From the NCBI GenBank assembly GCA_028691575.1, contig JAQUYY010000001.1, forward strand, positions 1-29,871: a DNA stretch of 29,871 bases, written 5' to 3'. Position 1 is the first letter of the stretch, and each line of letters starts with the position of its first letter. Positions 9,091 to 15,958 of this stretch are shown one piece after another. Position numbers and translations under genes: made by a program. The notes beneath the pieces were generated by a model. It worked only from the letters and a program-made list of their open reading frames with translations. It searched no databases and was not told the DNA's origin. The stretch comes from Candidatus Gastranaerophilales bacterium. Lineage in GTDB: Bacteria > Cyanobacteriota > Vampirovibrionia > Gastranaerophilales > JAQUYY01.

Positions 9091-9252
9091 TTAAATCGGT
9101 ATGAGTGAGTTGGGAGAGAAACCTCGGCAGAGAGTGAAACGGAAACGAAGAGTTTTCGCTGGAACTCGTTTAACGCCAAGCGTTTCAAGACAGCGACGTT
9201 TAAAAAAACCATGCACGTTGCTTTTCTTTAAAACTAGCTCATTCTGGTTTGG
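9091..9252 (+). ncRNA. Candidate structured RNA (rod-like, 6S-like architecture) or MITE-like element
   Basis: Ends pair (AAATCGGtATGAGtgAGTT with AACTagCTCATtCTGGTTT, including G-U pairs on the + strand); inner helices AAACG/CGTTT, TCGCTG/CAGCGA and AACGC/GCGTT; A-rich central bulge; GC above background. Family identity not established. Confidence 0.4.
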
Positions 9253-9268
9253 CAAAAATACAACAAGT

Positions 9269-9354
9269 GCCGGAGTGGCGAAATCGGTAGACGCAGTGGA
9301 CTCAAAATCCACCGAGGTTCACCCCTCGTGTCGGTTCGAGTCCGACCTTCGGCA
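9269..9354 (+). tRNA. tRNA-Leu (anticodon CAA)
   Basis: Acceptor GCCGGAG/CTTCGGC-A; D-loop with GG; anticodon arm GTGGA-CT-CAA-AA-TCCAC; long variable arm; T-loop GGTTCGAGTCC; CCA not encoded. Confidence 0.95.
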
Positions 9355-9436
9355 TTTTTATCCAGATTTTAAAATTGAAACAAAACTATTTTTATTTCGT
9401 CTGTAAATACAGTCTTGAACATTGAAAATTAAATAT

Positions 9437-9839
9437 GGGGACGTTTTGGATTAGACAGGGCGATTGGTAGAATCAAACTGCGGGTCGGAGCGCTGTTCTT
9501 CGTTATCAACGAGCAACAAACAATAAATGGCAACAACGTCATTAAAGCTGACTTCGGCAGAGCTGCTGCTCTAGCTGCGTAGACAAACTTACGTATCAGC
9601 CACTGTACAATTTTTGACGATTGAATTGTATAGTCACTTCAAATCGAATGCTCTTAGTGTATGAAAGTAAGCTAAGATAAGATTTTCTTTCAAGGTCAGG
9701 CATGACTTTAAAAATGCTTAATTTTGGTTAAGGTTACGGTTTTTAATCATGCCAAAATGAAATCAATTAAAAACCTACACTCGTAGACGTTTGCTTGTAT
9801 CCGTTTTGGACGAGAGTTCGAATCTCTCCGTCTCCACCA
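9437..9839 (+). ncRNA. ssrA: tmRNA; tag ORF 9529-9582 encodes (A)GNNVIKADFGRAAALAA*
   Basis: 5' GGGGACG pairs with 3' CGTCTCC-ACCA including G3-U; T-arm GAGAG-TTCGAAT-CTCTC; resume context ATAAAT|GGC; tag ends in LAA. Confidence 0.95.
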
Positions 9840-11284
9840 TTTTTTAAATTAGCACTTTTGAACACAGGTTTGAAGGTGCTTTTTAGTTCTATGATTATAT
9901 TTTCACCATCGTAAGAAAAGTTCGAACACAGTAAATTTAATAATTTCCTTTTTTCTTCAACTGATTGGTTTAGATATAAGCTATAAGCATCTTTACAGAC
10001 TTTCAAAACAAGTTCTGCTTTATTTATAAAAGTTCTACTATCATTAAGCCTTGCTCTGTATTTTATTTCATATTCATCAATTTTTCTTTGCCAATCGTGT
10101 GAATTTTCAAAATAAAAATCTTCATCAATAATGCCGTCAATTTTATCCAAATACAATTTGTTTAAACGGTTTCTATATTTATCTATTTGTTGCAAGATAT
10201 GTTTTATTGAATGATTTTCATATTTATTTTTGAGTGCATACATTTCTTTAATTATTGAAATAACTTCTTTTATATCTTCTTCTGAAATATAAATGCCTTG
10301 CAAAATAGCAAAAACCGCATTGTCAATATGTTCTTGTTTTAAATATTTTCTTTTACAATCACCGCCTTTATTTCCTGTGCAGTGATAATAAATATATTTG
10401 CCTTTTTTAATTTCAGCAGTTAAATAACAGCCGCATTTAGAGCATTTAATCAAGTTTGTATATGTAAACTCGTGCTTTATTGTTTTGGGGCTTGTATGGG
10501 CTTCTCGTTGCTGCTGTACTGCATAAAAAAGTTCTTTAGTTATCAATGGTTCATGTTTACCAATAAACCTTTTGCCATTCCAATTAAATTCACCCATATA
10601 AAATGGATTATTAAAAGTTTTTTCAATTAATATCTTTGAACAAGGTTTTCTATTATATGAAAAGCCCTCTGAAGCAAGTTTTGTTGCCAATGTTTTAAAA
10701 GAATATGCACCTGTTGAATATAGTTCAAAAGCCTTTTTAACAAATGGTGCAGCAGTTTCATCTATTATAATTGTTCTTCTGCCATTCTCTTGGATAATAT
10801 TTTTATATCCAACCGGGGCTTTGCCGGGGAAGAACCCTTGTTCTGATTTTTCTTTTAATCCTTTACTGATTTCTTCAGAAAGATTGTCAATATAATTTTT
10901 AGCCATTAACACCCGGATGCCGTGCATAAATTTATCTTGGCTTTTTGAATTGTCGCTTAAAATAGTTCCTTCTTTTACAAAGTGAATTTCAACACCGTCA
11001 AGGTCATCAAGAGTAACATAATCTTTTAAATTTCTATAAAGTCTATCAGTCTTTTCTACAAGAATTGTTTTGATAGACTTATTTTTTTTGAGAAATTTCA
11101 CCATTTCAGTGAATTGTTTTCTGCCTGAAGTTTTTGCTGTTTCTGCTTCAACAAATTGAGAAACTATTTTTAAATTCTGTTTTACGGCATATTCTTTAAG
11201 CAGTTTAATTTGAGCAGGTATTGAAAAACCTTCTCTTTCTTGTTCTTTGCTTGATACTCTTGCATATAAAACTACTTGCTGCAT
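9767..11284 (-). CDS. Large serine recombinase (integrase); last ~24 codons antisense to the tmRNA 3' end
   Basis: YARVSSKEQ (catalytic Ser), EAETAK, LVEKTDRLYRN, GKAPVGYKN, recombinase domain GKHEPLIT, zinc ribbon CSKCG...YYHC, coiled coil. Confidence 0.93.
   Translation of the reverse strand: MQQVVLYARVSSKEQEREGFSIPAQIKLLKEYAVKQNLKIVSQFVEAETAKTSGRKQFTEMVKFLKKNKSIKTILVEKTDRLYRNLKDYVTLDDLDGVEIHFVKEGTILSDNSKSQDKFMHGIRVLMAKNYIDNLSEEISKGLKEKSEQGFFPGKAPVGYKNIIQENGRRTIIIDETAAPFVKKAFELYSTGAYSFKTLATKLASEGFSYNRKPCSKILIEKTFNNPFYMGEFNWNGKRFIGKHEPLITKELFYAVQQQREAHTSPKTIKHEFTYTNLIKCSKCGCYLTAEIKKGKYIYYHCTGNKGGDCKRKYLKQEHIDNAVFAILQGIYISEEDIKEVISIIKEMYALKNKYENHSIKHILQQIDKYRNRLNKLYLDKIDGIIDEDFYFENSHDWQRKIDEYEIKYRARLNDSRTFINKAELVLKVCKDAYSLYLNQSVEEKRKLLNLLCSNFSYDGENIIIELKSTFKPVFKSANLKNGGDGEIRTLVQNGYKQTSTSVGF
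9851..9884 (+). terminator. tmRNA terminator lying inside the antisense recombinase ORF
   Basis: AGCACTTTTGAAC-acag-GTTTGAAGGTGCT (13 bp with G-U pairs) followed by a T tract. Confidence 0.7.
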
Positions 11285-11287
11285 CTA

Positions 11288-12115
11288 TTATTTACTTTCT
11301 GCTATATTTAAATCTTCTTTAAAGAATGAAATATTTAAAATCTTCTTATCATCAACATATTTTGAACGATTTTTGTGTAAAAAACTTATAATATCTTTGC
11401 TTGTTATAAATAGTTCAGTTGCAGAAATTAGTGTATAATTTTTAATTTCTTCATCAAGCAAATTATTTTCTCTGGCTAGCCTAAGTAAAACATTTTTGTT
11501 TGATTTCTTTGGAAACTTTATTTCTGCAAGTTTCAAAATTTTTATTAGTTCATCTTTTGTAAAATAAATTTTTTCCAAAAAATCATCAACACTTAATGGG
11601 TGAAATTTAATAAATTTCAATTTTTCAAGATTGTTTAAAAGTTCATCATTTTTTGCGAAAAATAAATTATATAGACTTTTTCTTGATAACTGCATAAATT
11701 CGTACAATTCATAAATCCTATAATTTGAAACAAGTGGTTCAAATTGTGTCAATTCCTCAATATCACTTTGGATAAGCCCATGAATATTTTGAATAGATTC
11801 ATCAACAATATCTTTATTTAAGTACATTACTTTTGCATATTCCTTGAACTTATCTTTATACGGAATTTCTTTGCTATTTTTAACCTCAATAGCTTGAATT
11901 AATTTAGGTAAAAAATTAGGGGCTTTTTCTTTCAATAGTTCAAAATTATTATGTATTAAAGAAATTAAATGCTTACAAAGTTGTTTTTTCCCACCTGCCG
12001 GGCAAGTGCAAACAACACAACTATCAAATATATAAACTTCATATTCATTATTGGAAGTTTTGCTTTTTACCTTTTGGCTAACTAAAAGGTTATTTGGAGT
12101 AAGTTTTTCAGTCAT
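11288..12115 (-). CDS. SWIM zinc-finger protein with a possible C-terminal SAP/HeH-like motif
   Basis: YEVYIFDSCVVCTCPAGGKKQLCKHL (CxC-x9-CxH); FTKDELIKILKLAEIKFPKKSNKNVLLRLA. Confidence 0.65.
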   Translation of the reverse strand: MTEKLTPNNLLVSQKVKSKTSNNEYEVYIFDSCVVCTCPAGGKKQLCKHLISLIHNNFELLKEKAPNFLPKLIQAIEVKNSKEIPYKDKFKEYAKVMYLNKDIVDESIQNIHGLIQSDIEELTQFEPLVSNYRIYELYEFMQLSRKSLYNLFFAKNDELLNNLEKLKFIKFHPLSVDDFLEKIYFTKDELIKILKLAEIKFPKKSNKNVLLRLARENNLLDEEIKNYTLISATELFITSKDIISFLHKNRSKYVDDKKILNISFFKEDLNIAESK

Positions 12116-12190
12116 TTTTGCTTGTTCCCTAATTACATAATTAAATTATATAACAAGCATGATAAATTATAATAAATATTCAAATTAAAT

Positions 12191-12403
12191 CTACAAATCT
12201 TTAAATAAACTTTCAAGAGGGTAATTAAGAGCTTTAGCAACTTCAGCAAGATTGCAAATGCCAATATTTAACTCCCCTCTTTCAAGAAGTCCAATATATG
12301 TTCTGTGAGAGCCTGCAAGTTCAGCCAACTTTTCTTGGCTAAGTCCTTGTTTCTTTCTTTCAGCAGCTATTCTTCTACCAATTATTTTCCTTAAATCTTT
12401 CAT
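12191..12403 (-). CDS. XRE-family HTH regulator (controller C-protein-like)
   Basis: RKKQGLSQEKLAELAGSHRTYIGLLERGELNIGICNLAEVAKAL. Confidence 0.85.
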   Translation of the reverse strand: MKDLRKIIGRRIAAERKKQGLSQEKLAELAGSHRTYIGLLERGELNIGICNLAEVAKALNYPLESLFKDL

Positions 12404-12562
12404 ATAGCAATAATAAAAGCTATAAAAATTTTATCTACACCAAATTTATGCCCATGCGTGGCATGTGATACTGACTAGGTGTTGAAAATTGCCATATGAA
12501 AAAAATTTAAAACCCTACCGATTACTTTATATAAATGTAATAGTTTTTAGAAGGAATGTAAA

Positions 12563-12673
12563 ATGACACAAGAAGACATTTGTAAAATCTACGAAGCACT
12601 ACTTATTGCGTATCCAAAAGAGGCAAGAGTTATTTTATTACGTCTGTTAAACCGTATTCGTGCAGTAAATTAA
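12563..12673 (+). CDS. Candidate 36-aa small protein MTQEDICKIYEALLIAYPKEARVILLRLLNRIRAVN
   Basis: AAGGA SD upstream of ATG 12563; TAA at 12671-12673; below the ORF-track cutoff; convergent overlap with the cI-like gene. Confidence 0.4.
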   Translation: MTQEDICKIYEALLIAYPKEARVILLRLLNRIRAVN

Positions 12674-12944
12674 CAACTTCTGCTTTAATTATTCCCTTGA
12701 ATTCGTCGCTAACATTAGCGGCGTTTTCTTTTATGAACATATCCCCTTTGTTTATAAGAAGCCAATTAATGTTTAAATTGTATATTGTCGCAAGCTTAAC
12801 CAAATTTTCATTACTAAGATTGTTTTTATCTTTTTCAACCTTTGTTATAGAAGGTCCTGCAATCCCCAAAGAATTTGCCAAATCTGCTTGAGATAACCTC
12901 AATGTTTCTCTAAACTCTTTTAATCTACTTCCTTGTGTTGACAA
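12630..12944 (-). CDS. cI-like XRE HTH repressor (short, no peptidase domain)
   Basis: RLKEFRETLRLSQADLANSLGIAGPSITKVEKDK...LNINWLLINKGDMF; GAGG SD before TTG. Confidence 0.82.
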   Translation of the reverse strand: MSTQGSRLKEFRETLRLSQADLANSLGIAGPSITKVEKDKNNLSNENLVKLATIYNLNINWLLINKGDMFIKENAANVSDEFKGIIKAEVVNLLHEYGLTDVIK

Positions 12945-12982
12945 TGTTTAAGCCTCTTATTGTTAAGAAATGTAAAATAATA

Positions 12983-13024
12983 CTGCCCTTTGAGTTGCAA
13001 AAATTGCCTAGTGGGTAGTATAGT
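12983..13024 (+). promoter_or_regulatory. Rightward promoter with two candidate operators
   Basis: TTGCAA (12995-13000), N18, TATAGT (13019-13024); imperfect palindromes CTGCCCT-T-TGAGTTG (12983-12997) and TTGCCTA-G-TGGGTAG (13004-13018). Confidence 0.45.
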
Positions 13025-13121
13025 GATTACATAATTAAATCAGTAAGATATTAACACGGCATTGATGTCAATTCAATTCATCAGTTGGTCTAAGCCGTGT
13101 GGACAATTAAAAGGAAGAAGG

Positions 13122-13322
13122 ATGTTGAAAAAGAGAATTGAAAAAATCAAAGAAGCTTTAAAAAAAGAAGGTATCTCACAGGGTGATATTGCAAGAGAAT
13201 TAAGCATCACCTCACACGCTGTTTGGTTTTGGGTGCACGGCAGAATGTCATCAAAAAACATAACAGAATGGTTCAGAAACAGATTTGGGGAAGAGTTCTT
13301 AAAAGAAATAGAACTTAACTAA
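13122..13322 (+). CDS. Cro-like HTH protein (likely start ATG 13122)
   Basis: IKEALKKEGISQGDIARELSITSHAVWFWVHG; AAGG SD; divergent from the cI-like gene. Confidence 0.75.
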   Translation: MLKKRIEKIKEALKKEGISQGDIARELSITSHAVWFWVHGRMSSKNITEWFRNRFGEEFLKEIELN

Positions 13323-13410
13323 ACGATTTCAAAACAAAAAATTGAACAAGCAACAGGCTGTGTGCAACTGGGCTTAGTTTGCAATGAAAAATTACGAAAA
13401 GGAAAAACAA

Positions 13411-13557
13411 ATGAGCATAAAAAGAAAAGAAAAGAAAAAACCGGGCTTAATAGTAACTTTCAGTGATGAACCTGTTACTCCTGAAGCTAGAAAAAAAGCC
13501 CTTGGGAAAAATCCCCCGGTGAAATGTACAAAAAGACTGTTGAAAGAAGAGCAATGA
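13411..13557 (+). CDS. Small phage early-region ORF (48 aa, possibly frameshifted)
   Basis: AAAGGA SD, MSIKRKEKKKPGLIVTFSDEPVTPEARKKALG... Confidence 0.4.
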   Translation: MSIKRKEKKKPGLIVTFSDEPVTPEARKKALGKNPPVKCTKRLLKEEQ

Positions 13558-13575
13558 AGGGCATTGGAAAATTAA

Positions 13576-14192
13576 ACGGCAAGAACTGTTGAGCGTATAA
13601 GGGATATTAATGAATTTGTTGAAGCAACTTCTGTAAAAGAAAGAATTTTAGCTTGTTTAGCAATATTTATTAAAAAATTAGTTCCCGGAACAGGAATTGG
13701 AAGAAATACCCCTGTTAATAAAGATATTTCAACAGGATACAGCACACAAAAACTTGCACCCGGAATGATTAATGAATTGCAACCGGGGGATGATATTTCT
13801 GTTGTAAATCCTTCAGGACAAGCAAGCAATGCAAAAGATTTTATATCAACACAGCAACGTTTGATTGGAAGCGGTCAAGGCTTGAGTTATGAAGCTGTAT
13901 CAAGGGATATGTCGCAAGTCAATTATTCTTCTGCACGTCAAGGGCTTCTTGAAGATATAAGAACCTATAAAATGATGCAGAAATATTTAATAGAACATCT
14001 TTGCAAAATTGTTTACAGGGAATTTGTTACAGCTGCGGTTTTATCGGGCAAACTCAATATACCTGACTTTTTCAGCAATAAAGAAAGATATTTAAGGCAC
14101 TCTTGGATAACACCGGGATGGGATTGGATTGACCCGTTAAAAGAAGCAAAAGCCAATGAAGTGGCACTTAACACTGGTCAAACAAACCTTTG
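13576..14192 (+). pseudogene. Lambda-family phage portal protein, internal fragment truncated at both ends
   Basis: Frame opens after TAA 13573-13575: RIRDINEFVEATSVKERILACLAIFIKK...LQPGDDI...LSYEAVSRDMSQVNYSSARQGLLE...WITPGWDWIDPLKEAKA. Confidence 0.85.
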
Positions 14193-14408
14193 CTGATTTC
14201 TTCAGAAAGATTGTCAATATAATTTTTAGCCATTAACACCCGGATACCGTGCATAAATTTATCTTGGCTTTTTGAATTATCGCTTAAAACGGTTCCTTCT
14301 TTTACAAAGTGAATTTCAACACCGTCAAGGTCATCAAGAGTAACATAATCCTTTAAGTTTCTATAAAGTCTATCAGTCTTTTCTACAAGAATTGTTTTGA
14401 TAGACTTA
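14193..14408 (-). pseudogene. Fragment of a second, sibling serine recombinase
   Basis: 216 bp matching 10866-11081 with 6 mismatches, same orientation. Confidence 0.92.
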
Positions 14409-14684
14409 GAAGCTGTCTGGTCAAAAACATTTTTTAAGGGTAACCCATATCATTGCTATCCTTACAACATTTTCTGCTGTTAAAGTTAAGATTTCAAAGT
14501 CTTTTGATGCTCTCCTGAAATTATTAATCCAGGCAAAAGTCCTCTCCACTATCCATCTTTTGGGCAAAATAGCAAATTCATCTTTAACTCTCATTGATAT
14601 ATGTATAAATTTTTTTAAAATATTCTGTACATAATCTACAGATGTGCCTCTATAACCTGCATCGGCAGAAAATGCTTTTATAGT
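14409..14684 (-). mobile_element. IS5-family (IS1031-like) remnant: transposase C-terminus (14421-14684) and one end
   Basis: Manual translation TIKAFSADAGYRG...LPKRWIVERTFAWINNFRRASKDFE...TLKKCF*; terminus GAAGCTGTCTGG directly after a TTA target. Confidence 0.82.
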
Positions 14685-15109
14685 TCTTCCTGCTTTTCTG
14701 ACTGTATTTTTTCTTCTTCTATTTTTTGAGCCTTTGCCATTTCTAACTTTATAAGTTTTTCTTCTTTCCTTCTATCTAATCTTCTTATAGCCTGTATAAA
14801 GCATTCTACATTTTCAACACTTTTTTTAGCTTTTTCTATTGTTTTATTTGTAAAAATATACTTATCTACAAAGCTGAAACTACTAAAAACATCTTTTGTT
14901 AAAGGTTGTGCGTAATTTTCAACATAGGCATATTTTTGAGCCCAGTCAGCTTGTTGAGAAATTTCTTTTTCTGTAAAACAATCATGAAATCCAGAAAAAG
15001 AAACTTTTTTGTTTACCCCTATTTTAGTTTCAATATTTTTTTTTGAACTTTCTAATTTATAGGAAGGATTGTTGGTTTGAAAATATATGGGATTTGGTGG
15101 TATCTTCAT
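14678..15109 (-). CDS. Hypothetical protein, probably 3'-truncated at the IS remnant
   Basis: 143-aa ORF with a low-complexity N-terminus ending VSFSG; the stop codon falls within transposase-like sequence. Confidence 0.5.
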   Translation of the reverse strand: MKIPPNPIYFQTNNPSYKLESSKKNIETKIGVNKKVSFSGFHDCFTEKEISQQADWAQKYAYVENYAQPLTKDVFSSFSFVDKYIFTNKTIEKAKKSVENVECFIQAIRRLDRRKEEKLIKLEMAKAQKIEEEKIQSEKQEEL

Positions 15110-15117
15110 TTTTCTCT

Positions 15118-15492
15118 TTACTCTAACATTTTCTTAATTTGAGCCATGCCTTTATCTAGTAGTTTTTTGTGTTCATATTCACTCAAGAAGTCTCTTATTT
15201 CAAGTTTTTCTGCATTATCGGCAACCAGCTCTATACAATTTTTGTTTTCTGGAGTAATTGCCAAAATAAAATCGTCTATATCATCAATTTTTAGCTTATC
15301 TGCATTTTTAGCAACAATCTCTATTGCATCTTTAGTTTCAGGGGTAATATGCCCTAGTATGCTGGCGATTTGAGAAGCATTTTCGATTTTTAATTCATTT
15401 TTATATTTTGCTAATAATGGCATTACTTCATCAAATGCAAAATCTTTATTATCTGGTGTAATTGATTGGAGATACTTGTTGGTATATAGGAG
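15118..15492 (-). pseudogene. 5'-truncated helical-repeat protein fragment
   Basis: Frame is open 23 codons upstream of ATG 15423 with no start codon; three ITP(D/E)xK-led repeats. Confidence 0.5.
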
Positions 15493-15574
15493 TCATTTTC
15501 TCAAAGATACAAATTTCCTTTATTCTAAAATTTTTGCTATTATAGTTTTATAAAAGATGAACAGGAAGTGGAAA

Positions 15575-15949
15575 ATGAATTTTTTAATGGTTTTTTTAGG
15601 CGGAGGACTAGGATCTGTCCTGAGATATTTTATTAAAGTCCTTTGTGACAAGCATATCGGATATTTTTATCCCTGGGGAACTTTTACTGTAAATATATTA
15701 GGCAGCTTATTTTTAGGCTTTTGCATAACGTTGCTTATCGACAAATACTCATCTTTAGATACTTCAACAAAATTATTTTTAACCGTGGGCTTAGCTGGAG
15801 GCTTTACGACATTCAGCACTTTTTGTTTTGAATCTGTCAATTTTATAAAAGACGGACACTTTCAAATAAGCCTTTTATACATGTTATCAAGCACAATTTT
15901 AGGACTATTAGCGGTTATAATCGGAATGAACATTGCAAAAACAATCTAA
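15575..15949 (+). CDS. crcB: Fluoride efflux channel CrcB/FluC (likely start ATG 15575)
   Basis: VFLGGGLGSVLRY, PWGTFTVNILGS, GLAGGFTTFSTF; extended -10 TGcTATTAT at 15535-15543. Confidence 0.93.
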   Translation: MNFLMVFLGGGLGSVLRYFIKVLCDKHIGYFYPWGTFTVNILGSLFLGFCITLLIDKYSSLDTSTKLFLTVGLAGGFTTFSTFCFESVNFIKDGHFQISLLYMLSSTILGLLAVIIGMNIAKTI

Positions 15950-15958
15950 GAGGAACTT

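Larger units (their letters stand above)
9840..14686. mobile_element. Degraded prophage-like island integrated at the tmRNA 3' end (right boundary uncertain; possibly extends to ~15500)
   Basis: Integrase abutting ssrA, XRE regulators, divergent cI/cro-like pair, portal fragment, second recombinase fragment and IS remnant; no distal att duplicate recognised. Confidence 0.8.

Noticed and set aside
9091-9252. T-box, glycine riboswitch, SRP RNA or RNase P RNA identity for the structured region
   Set aside because: The hallmark motifs (GGUGGNACC T-box, CCGAAG/CUCUCAGG, SRP GGAA-loop helix, GAGGAAAGUCC) are absent.
9101-9406. ORFs 9101-9406 (+) and 9091-9312 (-)
   Set aside because: They overlap tRNA-Leu and the structured region and have no protein-like features; treated as spurious.
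15484-15500. AATGACTCCTA, resembling the 3' motif of a fluoride riboswitch near crcB
   Set aside because: It is on the strand opposite crcB and lacks the upstream GGNGAUGR...CC pseudoknot elements.
14409-15556. Distal att site (duplicate of the tmRNA 3' end)
   Set aside because: No copy of the T-arm or CTCCACCA was seen; the serine-recombinase core may be too short to recognise, or the site was deleted.
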